NCBI GenBank assembly: GCA_018398765.1
Contig: JAHBMJ010000117.1
Span: 1-55,655 of the forward strand
Length of the DNA: 55,655 bases
Direction: 5' to 3'
Origin: Chromera velia
Lineage: Eukaryota
The notes beneath the pieces are model-generated. The model worked only from the letters and a program-made list of their open reading frames with translations, was not told the origin of the DNA and made no database searches. Position numbers and translations under genes: made by a program. Shown here in pieces: positions 1-18,679 of the stretch; the stretch's first letter is position 1; every line of letters starts with the position of its first letter.

Positions 1-1135
1 CCCCCCCCCCCCCTCTCTCTCTCTCTGTCTCTCAATCCCTTCGATCAGTCTGGCCCTGTTGAAGTTCTACCTCATCATTTTCCCATTCACATACGCAATG
101 AAAAGGCGCCCTTTGCTTCAGACATGTGAATATAGCCGTCTAGATATGCGTCGAATAGTCTAAAATATTGAGTCTGCATGAAGCATGTTCGACAGACGAG
201 GTGGCAGCGGTAGAAGAATTGTCATGTCTGCCAACCGAGAGCCCTGAAGGGGCAGTCTTAATTTCAATTGCAATGGCAGGGGAGGGGGGGGGGAGGGTTG
301 CGCGGCGGTACAAATTCGCCGTGATAATACAGCTTAGAAGTGAATATGCGCGAATGAAGTTGAATAAGAAGTTAAGAAGAATCAAATATGAGTCTATAAG
401 ACTATAACTCCGATTGACACAATTAATCGCCTTATTAGTAGGTTCTGTTATCTTCGCGCATGTTGACATACATGGAGGAGAAGAAAGTTGTTGGCGTCAC
501 CCTTTTGTTTCTTTTCATTTCTGATTGCGTTGGGCTTGATACTGTTTATGGTTGTTGGTGTTTGCATGAATTGATCATTTCAATCTATGTCAGTTACACT
601 GCTTGCTGCTGATTCAATTATGCATGCCTTGTGATGTTTGTATTTCGTTTGTGATTGCTTGGTCACTAGTGCAAACAATGAGTGGTTTAAGGTACTCATC
701 TTCGCCAGCTAGGCATCATAGCGAAAATAATCTGTGCGCGCGCGTTGCCATGCGAAAAATTCAAGCAGCGATCAGTGTATAGACGCACGCGATGCCTGAT
801 GTTAGCGTTTAAAAATTGACTGGGGATCGAATGCGCATATGCATAAGAGTGGTTTCTTGAGCTTCTGCATTATGCAGCTCACTTTAGCTAAAGCGAACTA
901 GATCATTTAGTCCAGATGCAGATTAATTTATTATAATATCAACATATTTCAAAATCAAATATAGTACATATAAGAGTGACTTAAAAATAGATTAAAGTAA
1001 AACACAAATTCAAATAATAAAACCTAGAAAAAACAGCTAGTTGAACAGTACTTTTACTGTAATTTCTTCAAATTTTTAGATTAATTAAGATTTATAAAAC
1101 ATCCATAAAAAAATTAGCCCGATAATAATTTACAT

Positions 1136-2096
1136 ACCCCCCTAATACTAAGCTATGAACTTTTTAGAATCGATCAAAATGTTGTCATCTTCGGCGGCCT
1201 ACGGCTGCCTCCGGTCAACATTAAGACCATCTTCGGTGCTCAGTATATTTTCACTAGTATAAAATTAAAAGGTTATCCACACTAGTATAAAATTAAAATT
1301 TTGTGCACAACTTAAAAAGATAATAATAATCATCGATAATTGAGGGTTTTTTCATGCATGCCGCGTCCCCATATATGAGAGGTGGATCTAACCTAGTTTG
1401 CCGATTTGTTCCGTCCTACGACTACCAGCAACAAAAATAGGCGTGACTTCGATCACCCTAATACAGCTGATCAATCGCGGCCTGACAATACTGTGGAAAG
1501 ACGATTCTTAGACTGTTGTCCTTGATCTGTTTAGACGTTGGCCAGTGAGCCAACTCCGACAAATCAAAAACCGATAGTCAATACTTTGATACTGATACCG
1601 ATATAATACGATATCGATATACGAGCGTGGCCGCTGGAGCGAGAGGAGTGGAAGAGGAGGAGGTGATCGAAGCCTGTCTGAGGTGAACATAAGCACTGCA
1701 GTGTGCAGTTGTTTAGCTGCCTGGCTAAGGAGGTTGTGGCGGTTCATGCTTATGCTTTTAATTATGGCTGGCTCAAGCCGGCCCTCTCTGTATGCGTTGA
1801 CTTCTACATGCATGGGTTGTCATCCATCTCTGATTATCGGAGACCCTCGGAGACCCTAGGCTCAACCAACCTTAAGTAAATAAGTAAGTACGATACCTAT
1901 CCATACTTTCCTATATAAATTTGATATACGTTCATCTTCGGCGTGTTCTTCGGTCTGTCGTTACCCCTGTTTGGCGGCTTTCAATCAAGACATACGATTT
2001 TCTTCGGCAGCCTCCGGTTACTTCCGGCCACCTTTGATCAAGACTAAAACCATCTTCGGCAGCCTTCGATCAAACGTAGCTTAGTGTTAGGGGGGT
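1136..2096. mobile_element. Non-autonomous MULE/Mutator-like TIR element
   Basis: ~22-bp TIRs (ACCCCCCTAATACTAAGCTATG ... CGTAGCTTAGTGTTAGGGGGGT). Perfect 10-bp direct repeat TAATTTACAT on both flanks (1126-1135, 2097-2106). Subterminal ATCTTCGG repeats near both ends. TSDs of 9-11 bp are typical of MULEs. Confidence 0.85.
1339..1575 (-). mobile_element. 5'-truncated non-LTR retroelement 3' end (tail family A), nested in the MULE
   Basis: Near-identical to 41244-41770 once the MITE there is removed. Shares its terminal ~65 nt with 18570-18637 and 42217-42277. The 5' boundary is approximate. Confidence 0.6.
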
Positions 2097-2489
2097 TAAT
2101 TTACATAAAGAATTGAATGCATAATTCGAATCTACAACTAGATATCAACAATTTTACTGGCAATTTCAAGTAATTCGAATTTTTTTTTTTTTAAAAAAAC
2201 ACAGTTTTATATAAATGAATCGATTTATGCATATTTACTGTATCAAGTAAGCTGAGTGCATTGCCTCGCACATTTAATTCAATGCAAGTTTGACCTAGAG
2301 TTTGACATCATAATTAAACTTATTATTAAAGCTGGTTAAAAAAAAAAAAGAAAAAATCATACGCAGAGAGCGTTTTAAAGCTTAATTAATTGAGCAGTGA
2401 CTGCCCGAAGGGCCGTGAAATGATGCAGCTTCACACCCACGATCTGCATCACAGGTTGCGCGACAACTTGCGCCTGCATCGCAGGGCTT

Positions 2490-4050
2490 AAATATATGCA
2501 GTGCGGCTCCTCCAACTTAATCCCGACGCTTCACCATCTCCGATGCATATCACAACCAACAGATACCCATGAAGACTGTAACCAAAAGGTACCTTCGACA
2601 TCCCTTCCCCAATACAGAGCCCCCACCAAGCTTAGAAAATCTGCCATACCAGCAATTTACCCTCTGCCTAGAATAGAGCGACTGCAGATCTATCTCATTT
2701 ACTTTACCTTCTTCACCTCCAATCCCACCTCAAACGTTTTGAACAGAGGCAGGAAACAGGGCTCCAGCGTATACGGAGTCAAAATGATTCAAAAAAGTTG
2801 GCTGACAAGTCCACAGATTTCAAATTCTGGCTCCCAGGGGCTGTCTCTACATATACCATTGCAAGACTGAGCAGACTTTCGATCGCTGTCAATCTAATAG
2901 CCTTGAAGGATGAATTCGGACAGTCTGGGAAGCCGGTCTGCTCTCAGGACAGAAGCCAAGGCACTAACCCCTTCTCCTACATTCGACCATGTTATACACA
3001 GGCTCTCTAGAGAAGACAGCCCTCCCTCTGATTCCAATACAGCGCCCATCAAAGCTTCAAATCCTTCCGGTCCAAACGCCTGGTCAGACACCTCCAGTCT
3101 CTTCAGACAAGGCATCCTTCCTGCACGGACAATCCCAGCCAGACCCTCCAAATCCCTGTCCCCCATCTGCATTCTGCACAAATTTAATTCAATCAACATA
3201 GATAGAGGTTCTCCTAGCAGCATCGCCGCCCAAAGAGATTTGCTCTCTCCTCCTTCCTCTTCGCCTCCCTGGCGGGGGAGAACTAATCCATCCAAAGACA
3301 ACTTGTGGAGTGTTGAAAGTCNCCCTCATCGTCCCCCAGCAACAACAAATCCAGGCCGGACCTCCACGGTGGCCCCTCTTCTGCACCCGCCAAGGCTCTA
3401 AAAAAAGACAACGTGGGTCGGCCCATCAGCACAACAGAAAGACTGCGAAGGCATTTCACCCTTCCTTCCCCCACCATCATGGCTGCTTCCTGAAAATTTC
3501 CGGTCAGACCAATACACAGCTCAACGCTCAAGTCCCGCCCCCCCCCTTCGAAAGCTCTCAAAGCATCCAACACAACCACGGCGCTCTCGTCCATGAAGTC
3601 GACCTCTTCCAAGCTTAAAAACTTCAAACGCGGTACCTGTGCTTGCATCAGACAGTCAGCAACAGCACGCGCCACTGAAATTCCACCCTCACTTATGCCC
3701 CCCAGTATCAGTCTTTCCAAGTTCTCCAACCCCTCCCCTCCCAATAACAACTCCACCCCGCCTCTACTGAACTGACAATTCCCCAGATCCAGTGCCTTCA
3801 ACGAAGACAGAGCGCCCACCTTCAAGGCACTAAGCAATGACGACTCCCCTGACTCCTGCAACCGGTTGTCTCCAAGACTTAGGCCCACAAGACCAGGTTG
3901 AGGTCTTTGAGCGATCAGTGCATTGCAAAATGCGCTCACATCCCCCCCCTTGACACCAATGTTGCCAAAGTCCACCTCCCGGAGAGACTTCATTCCCCTT
4001 TCTAATAACAGATGCGAAAGCAACAAGTCCGGCGTCTTCGATAGCGTTGC
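2490..4050 (-). pseudogene. RNI-like leucine-rich-repeat protein gene, 3' exon, degenerate
   Basis: ORFs 3283-4086 and 2894-3301 carry LRRs (LREVDFGNIGV, LSLGDNRL, LKALDLGNCQF, LERLILGG, LKRLEVSDQAF, LESLCITWSNV). Splice acceptor at 4052-4051. Frameshift near the N at 3322. In-frame stops further downstream around NLKSVDLSANFF. Probable upstream exons at ~4340-4525 (LSLEKLCVKG) and possibly up to ~7 kb. Confidence 0.75.
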
Positions 4051-4972
4051 CTGCATGATGAATACATGTGCACATGAGAACAACACCTTCTTTTCTCTTT
4101 AATTGTCAATATGTGTATGGATGCACGGCAGCGACCGAAGCTGTCCTGTCGCCTCCGCTACTCACGTCGCTCCCTCTTAATTCCTTCTGCTGTCTTGCGC
4201 CGTCCCATTCTATGTGACTGATTGCCTTGCACCATTTTCCCAATTTGCCTACCAGAGGTCTGTGTGTCTCTCTCTTTCTTCATTGTCTGTGAGCCTCTAT
4301 GTCTGCTTGTCCGTCCGTCTCACAGCTTTCATTCACTGGCTAAAATACCATGCCAACAAAACGCTCCTTCCCTTCGAAAAGTCCAGCAGTTTCATACCGA
4401 CCTTTCACGCACAGTTTCTCGAGAGAAAGGCACTCAGAGAGAATGGGAAAGAGCACTGTAGACGCAGCAGGACCCAGAGATTCTTCTGCAGACACAATCG
4501 CAGAAAGATGAGGAGGGAAATCAGGTGATACATCCCGAGAGTGTGTCATGCATCTTCGGCAGGGACCTTGTTTCTCTCCCACATCCCCAAACCCCGGCTA
4601 CCCTTCTCTCCGGCTAGCTGTGCTTTCTCACTTCTCTTTCCCTCCAGATGTTCGTTGACATCGCACCGCTCGATCTCACATTCACACAAACAACTTGCCT
4701 TCTTTCCTCTAACTGACCGGCGAACGAAAGTCTTTTCAGGTTCTCCGGACCCACTCCTGGAACCTCAACACCAATACAGCGACGCTCGAAGAAAGCGCAC
4801 AGACGGATAAGCGCTGCGTCGTCCTTTACGGCACCCTTTCCTGCAGCAAACAACGAACACGCACAAATGAGCAAGGCAGGTAGATCACTCCACATACAGT
4901 TGTGTTTCTCAATATTTCATTTCCTCATCCACTGCAATAGAATCTTGCCCGGGAGCTCAGTCTTTGGCGCCA

Positions 4973-5305
4973 GTCAATCAATCAATCAATCGATCAATCA
5001 ATCAATCAGTCAGTCAGTCAGTCAGTCAGTCAGTCAGTTAGTTAGTCAATGAATCAATCAATGAATCAGTCAATCAATCAGTCAGTCAGTCAGTCAGTCA
5101 GTCAGTCAGTCAGTCAGTCAGTCAATCAATGAATCAATCAACCAATCAATCCGCCAGTCAGTCAGTCAGTCAGTCAGTCAGTCAGTCAGTCAGTCAGTCA
5201 ATCAGTCAATCAATCTGTCAATCAATCAATCAATCAGTCAGTCAGTCAGTCAGTCAGTCAGTCAGTCAGTCAATCAATCAATCAGTCAGTCAGTCAGTCA
5301 GTCAG

Positions 5306-5336
<31 letters not shown>

Positions 5337-5352
5337 GTCAGTCAATCAATCA
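4973..5352. repeat. (CAGT)n/(CAAT)n compound microsatellite
   Basis: Tetranucleotide tract visible directly; probably intronic. Confidence 0.95.
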
Positions 5353-6120
5353 GAACTCAGCCTGCCCTGCCATAAGAGGAAAACCAAGAAGTTTCACAAA
5401 AAGAGAAGAACACGTCTGATCTCATGGCCTAGCTGTCGATCGACAGACATGCACCCTAGCTGGGGCCTCCCACATGACTTTTCAATACCGCCTCTCTCCT
5501 CCTCCCCCTCACCCTCCAAGTACAGACTGACGGACCTAGCGTCAGACCGTCCAACACCGTCCAAGGCATCGACTCTAAAAGAAGAAAAACTTTGCCCGAG
5601 GAGAGATTGCACCCTGCATGCACTCCTCACACAGAGAGCATGGGACCACGGTGACAACAAGAGGCGGGAAACAAAGAGGACGTACAGTCCAGAACAAAGC
5701 AGCACACACCAGCACAAGCAGGGCAGATCAGACAACGCTGCTCGATAGAAGAAAGCAGGACAGAGCAGCCCCTGTCGAAAGTGAACGCCGAGCGAAAGCC
5801 ATAATCAGCCGTTGAACGAACGAAAATGCACCTCCTGATGATTTCTACAGTTCTGCCCGAGACGTCTCGGAGAAGTGCGTTTGGACCTTTCACCAACAAA
5901 CTTCACCCATTATCAGCCGAAGAGGTCCTTCACAGTTTGAAGGGAAAATCTCACACCCAACCATTGCAAGAGCCAGGCAGTTGCAAGACTCCCTCCGCAC
6001 ACTCACCAGAAGTGTCGAGGTCCTCCAGAGGCAGACGGATCCTCCCCTGCAGCTATCAGATACACACACAGGCATACTGTTACACCACGACGACTCTCTC
6101 TCGTTAGCGCACGCGAGTGC

Positions 6121-6420
<300 letters not shown>

Positions 6421-7481
6421 ATGCCCATCGACGCACTTACCTACCCACTCTTTTGACCAGGATCAGAATCAGCCAAGCAACGCCGAAGGAATTCTTCCCG
6501 GACATGAGCTCTGAGACGCCCTGCAAGTGTGAATGCAAGTATATATGCCCATGGAAAGCCACCACTCTCACCCTGCTTCTTCCGGTCGAGTGCTCAGCAG
6601 GCGAAAAAAGAGGCCGCAAATTGAGCCGGTAGTGCCTTGCGGGTGCTTCCACCTCTTTCGTGTCTCTTTTACGTGTACGTGCACCCATGCAGATGGAGAC
6701 GTGAAACGTTCGTGTACATGCAGGTACATACAGAGATACACATCGACTGAGTCATCCGTGGAATCAGAGGCCGACCTCGGATGAGGGCGCAGCATGCTTC
6801 AGGGTCAAACCAAGAACAGCTTCTGCAGAAGTGTCCTGAGGGGGAGGGGCTTGCGCGTAAACACTGGCAGCCCCTCTTCCTGCAACGCATGCACACAGAC
6901 ATGGAACAATCACGCGCGAGAAAAAAGGTCAGACGTTCCGCATCCTAGCTGTACTCCAGGCACAGTTTCACGACAGCCAGTGAACATTCGCGCAGAGTGA
7001 CCTCCAATTCCTGTAGGGGTCATCAATTCGGGCTCCGATGGTGCGTTCGTCCAATGAGCGCCGGGAAGGGTGTAGAATGCCCGGCTACAGGTTGGCTCGA
7101 ACGCTGAACGTACACGATCGAGTCTGCATCAAGTGCGAGGTGAATGCTCGCATCGCTGCTGCGTATATATCTGGAGCTGGAACTCACAAGGCACCCACAA
7201 GCACCCTCCTGTGCATCTTATCAGACATAAGACCTGCGTATGGAAGTCGGTTTACATCTGCCAAACTTGCAGCCAATTAAAGGTTTCAGGGCAAAAGGGG
7301 AAGGACATTTATACGTGGACCGCCCTATATACAAACGCGCGTTTATTGTGCATGACGCCCCGACGCGCGCGCGCGCGCGGACCCGCGCGTCCGGGATCAT
7401 GCATGCGCGTGCCGGAACACGTCCCGCGGACCGACCATATCAGGTCCGGTGCCGTACATGCAGGCCAATCCACAGCTATTA

Positions 7482-7560
7482 ATTTGATTTTTGATTTGAT
7501 TTGAATTGGTTGAAGCCAGCGAGCCACCTCTAGGGCTCTGGCCTGGGGAAACTGGCTATC
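7482..7560 (-). mobile_element. Retroelement-like 3' tail (family B) with (TCAAA)n end
   Basis: GTTGAAGCCAGCGAGC...GGGCTCTGGCC next to (TTTGA)n. Similar sequence at 39702-39775 next to (TTGAA)n. Confidence 0.4.
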
Positions 7561-8129
7561 CACCACAGAGTCCAACATCATCAAAGCTTGGACGTTTTTC
7601 TTTAATTTAATATTAAAAAATTATTAATCAACAAACTAATGACAGTTAACTAGGAATAAATCGCCATAAATCACCAATAATGTTTACAAAATATTTTTAC
7701 AAAAATAATTTTCACCGTGACCAACTCTCACTAAATATTTTTTTTTCTTTCTATTCATCTATTGCATCGTACCGTAGATTGATCAAATCAGACTTTTTAT
7801 GTATCACTAACTTATATATATCCCATTTTTTTTTTAAGTGAACTTAGTGTTTTCAGTTCAACATTTGTATCTTTCAAATAAGTGTTCACATAAACGCCTC
7901 AAGCCATCCCCCACCCCCCACCCCCCCACCACACAGTGTGAAAAAATCATTTAAAAAACCTTAAGATGTCACTCAAGATTGATACTATAAATCAGATTCC
8001 AAATGTTTTTTCAAAGCTACTTTCAACTTTGAAAACAGGAAATCTTAGTCATTTGAACTCGTGGAAACACTGAATCAACCTGAAACCGTGTATCTTCTTA
8101 AGATGGTTGCATTTGCTGCGTTGCAAACA

Positions 8130-12676
<4,547 letters not shown>

Positions 12677-13398
12677 CGCACTGCATGTGGCAGCATTCAC
12701 AGATTCTATGTATTACTCCGTCTACGTCTCCTGGGAACACATCGGAAGAGGAACCAGCCACCTGAGAAAGCGACTACTGGAGCGGGAGAGGCAATGTTAT
12801 GCACTGGCAGTGCAGCTTACGATCGTGTCGTACCCGGTGTTTCAGCTACAGACGTGCTGCCACTAGGAATGCTACGAACACGTGTCCGTTACGTGGAGAC
12901 GGCTCACTATTTCGAAACGAGGGTTCGTGGATGCATATCTACTATATACTTAATACGGCGAGCCTTTTTTTTTTAGCCACACGCGCCTGCATGCCTTTTT
13001 TTAGACACACGCGCGGGGGGCGCGGGGGCGCGCGGGGGGGCGCGGGGGCCCCGGAAAGCCACCGCCAAAAATGGTCCCGCAAGCGAAAAAAGCGCGCCGT
13101 CTACGCCCATCTCTCACCTCTCCACCGTCTCCATATTCCGTCTCCGCCGTCTCTGTGATCTTTTTCGGATCTGAGGCTGTCATATCATCCCTCCCTTGCC
13201 GTCACAGCAGTGGCATACTTACTGTGCCCCCTCTCCACAGCGGCATATTTACTGGATATTTAATTCGTCTGTATTTAATTTCGGCCTCCGGTCTGTCCCA
13301 GTGTCAAATCGATCCAAAGATTTGTTTCATGCTAATGCTTGCTCCGATCGTTTGTTTCTTGCTATGAAAATCGCACCGTGCCAAGATCTCAAACAAAC

Positions 13399-15876
13399 AT
13401 GGCGAACCAGCAACTGCTCCCCCCTGCCCTTGGACCACCTCCTCAGAATTGGCAGCCCATTGTGCATCCACCACCTCAAGTGGCACCTCCCCCTCCCGCA
13501 GTTCTTAATTGGCAGCCCATTGCGCTTCCACCGCCTCAACTCGCGCCTCCCCGTCCCCCTCCAGCGCCACTCCCTCCTCCACCCGCAGTCCCTCCTCCGC
13601 CACTCCCTGCTCCACCCGCACTTATCCCTGTGGCACCACAAGCCGTCCAACACGCGTTTGCACCCACCCCCTCAGGGCCTTCTACTGCGTATGGGTACGA
13701 CGATGTTAAGAACGGCCGTTCCGGCCTGTTTCGACACCATAGGTACACACCCCACACAGGGACCCTCACACCACAGGAAACAGGTCTTACTCCAGTGCAG
13801 GGAGCCCCCCCTGAGTGGCAGGCACACCCTCGGTTGCTGCTACAGATGACAAGCAATTTCGCCCCCCACATGAGGTCTCTCGGTAGCCGGCAGATCTGTC
13901 CGCAGTGTCAAGCACACGTGTGGGAGAAAGAGGCGTCAGCAGAAAACGACTACACTCAGGTAAATAAGTGGGGGATCTGCTGTCAGCACGGCCAAGTGTC
14001 TCTTGCTTCCTTCTCCCCTCGTGTGCCCAGCATTACAACCCGCCTCCGGGTCGTACCCAAAGAATTCAGGCAAGGCCAGCCGTCTCTGCCCGTCCACCGA
14101 GACTGTGCCCACTTTCTCACAAACATCCGCTCATACAACAACGCATTTGTTTTTGCATTCCAGGGTGTAGAAGTGAGGCGGCTGCCTGTGGGGGTCCAGT
14201 CATTCAAGATAGGGGGTAGCCTCTGTCACAGAATGGGATCCCTCATACCCCATCCAAACACACCACCCGTTTTCGCACAGATGTGGACTCTCGATCCTGA
14301 TCAGCAGACCACCTCCCGACTCTCCAACCGCCCCGATCTTCGCCATACCATTTTACAGCAAATTCAAGCGGATATCCAGGCCGTCTCCCCTTTTGTTGCA
14401 GCTTTCAGACAGGCCGCAGACCCCAACACACCCCAATACGGAGTCATGCTATCAGTGACTGACGGGCTCGATCGACGGAGATACAACTTGCCGAGATCCT
14501 CAGAAGTCAGTCGATGCTTCCCGTCTCTGACAGTGTGTTAAACTTTCTTCTTTCCCTTCCTTTTCCTTTTTTTCCAATTCATATCCCTCCCTCCCTCTCT
14601 GTGCAGTTGGCAGCTTTCGTACCCGACGGCACGACCCCTGACAAACCCTGGAGGGAAATTTTGGTGCACCGTGTTGGAGGAGGCCTCATAGAGCTCAATG
14701 AAACCAATCCCTTAGTCGACCCTCTCTATTTCACTCTTTTGTTTCCCAAAGGCGATCAGGGATGGCAGCCCGGAATTCCCTTTCAGCCGAATCCCAGAAG
14801 ACAGAGGCAGTCTCACAGTGGGAGAAGGAGGCAGGAAATCTCCATGAGGGAATTCTACGTATACCACCTCATGACCAGAATGGGGCAGGAGTGGATTCAC
14901 ATGAGCGGCCGTTTGTTTGAAGAGTATATAGTGAATGCATACTGCAGAGTTGAGGGGCAGAGATTGAACTAGTACAGACACAACCAGAAAAAAATTCGGG
15001 TTGAACTGTATCAAGGGTTGGTGGATTCATCCCGTGATGGACAGGACGACTCGAGGGAAGTAGGGAAGAGGATTGTGTTGGGGCCGCAGTTCACAGGGGG
15101 ACCCAGATACATGACATCCCTTTATTAGGACGCCATGGCGATGGTGAGAGCAGAGGGGAAGCCGACCCTCTTCATCACTATGACTTGCAACCCCAAATGG
15201 CCCAACATCATAGACGCCCTCTTTAAACATCAGTAGCCTGTCGACCGTCCCGACATCATTGCGAGAGTGTTTTGGCAGAGAGCACGCTGCCTCATTCATG
15301 ATCTCACTGTGAAGAACGGTCTCGGGAAGGCAGGCTCACGCAATGCTGCAAAAGGGTGGTTGTGGGTGATTGAGTGGCAGAAGAGAGGGCTTCCCCACCT
15401 CCATCTGCTGCTCTGGCTGCATGACAGGGATATTCCTCGAAAGGCCCATGACTTTAACGAACTGATCTGCGCCGAGATTCCCGATCCCGAGACCGAAAAA
15501 GCAGTGCACGATTTGGTCGTGAATCACATGATCCACGGTCCCTGTGGAGACCTTGCAGCCTGTGCTGCCACCTCCTACAAACCTCCCTGTTTCGATGAGA
15601 AAAAGGGGGCATGTGATAAGCACTTTCCCAAGCCCTTCTCCCTACAGACAGTCGACACAGAGGACGGTTACCCTCTGTACCGCCACCGCCCCCCGAATCC
15701 ATCCAGCGGCCTCCAGGAGGACACCGGTCACACAGCAGAAGTTAGGGGGGTTCGGATGGACAACAGATGGGTAGTGCCCTACAACAAACCTCTCCTCCTC
15801 AAATACAACTGTCACCTCAACGTGGAGTTCTGTCGATCTGTCAAGTCAGTTGACGCTCTGCCTCTCTGCCTCTCTG

Positions 15877-15950
<74 letters not shown>

Positions 15951-18679
15951 TGTATGACTGTGTGTGTGTGTTTGTGTATGTGTACTTCAGTATCAGTGTC
16001 CATGTATAGTCACCTATGTTCCTTTCCCCTCTTGTTTCACCAATAGATGCGTGAAGTACCTCAACAAGTACGTCTACAAGGGGCCAGACAGGGCGATGGC
16101 AAAGGTAGTGTCGGAAGATGCGCAGGGGAACATTGACAAAATCCAAAACTTCGTCGATGGGCGTTACATCTCCTCGGGGAAGGCTGTGTGGCATCTCCTC
16201 GATTTCCCCCTGAATGGGTGCAGTCACAACGTGGAGCGTCTCGCATGCCACTTAGAAAACCACCAGTCAGTTTCTTTTGATCCCGTAGCCGAGCTGTCTG
16301 TCAACAACATCATTCAAGCAGGCCCCCCCAAAACCACCCTCACAGCTTTTTTCGAGTACAACAGCACCCCCTCCGTACGTCTCCACCCTGGGGAGTCCCC
16401 GCACACTCTCCTTTACCATGAGTTCTCCCGTTACTACACATTCAACAACAGCACCAAGACCTGGAAGCTGCGAGACAGAGTTAAGAAGGCCCTTGATAGG
16501 GGGGAGGTATGGGCCAATGCAGGAGTAGACAAAGTTGTGGGGAGGGTTCATTGGGCTTCTCCCAGCCAGGGAGAACGATTCTTCCTCCGTCTCTGCCTCA
16601 TTCATCAGAAGGGGGCCACTTCCGTCAGCGATTTAAAAACAGTGGGGGGTGTGACATATGGAACCTACCGTGAGGCCGGAGTTGCCTTGGGGGTGGTGAT
16701 GGATGACAATGAGTGGCGGGATGCTCTCACTGATGCTGATCTCTGGGCAACCCCTCCTCAACTGAGAGATCTCTTCTGTGTGATTCTCGCATACAACGCC
16801 CCTGCTGACCCTCCAAGACTGTGAAATTCCTTCAAAGATTCCATGTCCGATGACTTCAGACACCAGAGGCAACAGCAGCAAGGGGTCCCTCGCTATGTCC
16901 CCTTCCCCTTCACAGCACAGGACTACAACTGTGCCCTCAGATACATCGACGACCGGCTGGCTGCACACAGCAAGTCCCTCAGAGATTTCTCCCCGTTTCT
17001 CCCTCCCCGTCCCCCCTCCCCCTGCAGCGGGTCCGCAAAGACCCCGAGTCGTGCAAGCAGAGCTCGACTTCAATCCAGCTGCAGAAGCACAGTACTACAG
17101 CACCCATCTCCCCCTCCTCAATGCAGAGCAACGGGCGCGGCACGATGCAGTCATGACTGCATTGACACAGTAAGAGGGGGCAGCGTTTTTCCTTGATGCA
17201 CCAGCGGGAACAGGAAAAACGTTTACGGAGTGCGTCTGCCTTTCGAGGGAAAGACAACACGGGAATCCTGCCATTGCGGTTGCATCCACAGGCATCACAG
17301 CCATTCTCCTCCCCCTTGGAACCACAGCACACTCCAGATTCGGTGTCCCCCTAGAAGTAGACGATGAAACCACATGTTGTCCTTCAAAAAATTCAGCCAC
17401 AGCCCAACTGATTCATATGGCAAGGCTGGTAGTGTGGGATGAAATCACAATGATGAAAAAGCAGATCGTCGCAGCAGTTAAAAGGTGGGTGGAGGACGTT
17501 CGAGGAGGGGATGAATGGGGCGGGATGGTGTGGATTTTCTCTGGTGATTGGCGCCAATGTCTGTCCGTCATTCCGAACTCCCCCTGCGCTTTCATTGTGT
17601 CTTCCACTCTCAAAAGATGGCAGCATTGGCCTTCTTTCAGAATTTTTAAGTTGACACAGAATATGAGAGTGCAGCGCTTGATTGCACAGGGGAAGAGCGC
17701 TTCAAAACAGCAGGAGTGGGCAGATCTTTTGTTCAGAGTGGGGGATGGAGTGGGAAGGAACACGATCACTCTCCCAGCATCCTTAAGGAGTTCTGCCTCC
17801 ACACACATTCAATTCATTCAAGAGATCTTTGGTGACCTCACCAGTGGAAACATTCCTCCTGAAATCGTTGCCACCCGCGCAATTCTTGCACCGAAAAACG
17901 ATGACACAAACGAAATTAACCAAGTTGCCACAGACATGTATCCAAGAGTCGAGAGAGAGTACAAGAGCGTTGATGTCTCTTCCGATCCAGAGATGGGTCA
18001 TCTGTTGGTTCCTGAATTCTTGAATGGTTTACAGCCTTCAGGACTCCCCCCCCACAAGCTTAGACTGAAGCGTTTCATGCCTCTCATTCTCATTCGAAAC
18101 CTCGATAAGACCAGGGGTTTGGCCAACGGAACACGTCTGATTCTTTTGTACATGGGGGACAAATACCTTCAGTGTCGCGTCATCACTGGACCCCGAAAGG
18201 GAAAGGAGGTCTTGATCCCCAGATTGAATTTAGAAACAGAACAAAAAGGAAAGCAAGCGTTCAAATTTCAGAGAAGGCAGTTTCCTGTCCTCCCTGCCTT
18301 TGCTTTGACTATCAATCGGTCTCAGGGACAGACCCTCGAGCGTATGGGTCTCTGTTTGGCCTCAGAGATCTTCGCGTATAGACAGGGATACGTGGCTCTC
18401 TCAAGATGCGGGGAGGAGGAGGGGGCAAAAATTTTTAATCCTGAGGAAATCGCATTAATCACGCCGATTCAGTTCAAACTCTACCGCCGCTTGAGAAATA
18501 AGCCGCAGTAAAAGTGATTAATGAGCAGTGTTCCTAGATCCAGAACAGATAGGACGAACCGGAACCTTTTGACAGACTAGGCTAGATCCGCCCCTCATAC
18601 ACGGGGACGCGGCATGCATAACAAAAACCTCAATCACATTCAGTTCAAAAATATCGTGTATGACGAGATTTTGCAGTAA
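13399..18679 (+). pseudogene. Helitron Rep-helicase (HUH Y2 endonuclease + PIF1/SF1B helicase), 3 exons, inactivated
   Basis: Exons 13399-14505, 14607-15844, 16047-18679. Zn motif CPQC..CCQHG. Rep motifs LFITMTCNPKW, EWQKRGLPHLHLLLW and KYLNKYVYKG. Helicase motifs APAGTGKT, VVWDEITM, GDWRQ and RRQFPVLPAFALTINRSQGQTL. C-terminus KNIVYDEILQ*. In-frame stops at 14970, 15126, 15234, 16822 and 17171; a frameshift in the C-run near 17010-17022; an insertion at 18479-18637. Confidence 0.95.
18479..18637 (+). mobile_element. Short retroelement 3' fragment (tail family A) inserted in the RepHel C-terminus
   Basis: Flanked by the 12-bp direct repeat ATTCAGTTCAAA (18467-18478, 18638-18649). Removing the insert restores ...TPIQFKNIVYDEILQ*. 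Confidence 0.85.

Noticed and set aside
140..469. 109-aa minus-strand ORF at the window start
   Set aside because: No recognisable motif; it could be a first exon but cannot be supported here.
13399..18679. Alternative genetic code or stop read-through to explain the in-frame stops
   Set aside because: All three stop types occur at both Trp and Gln positions, alongside a frameshift and an insertion. RluA uses the standard code with a TGA stop.
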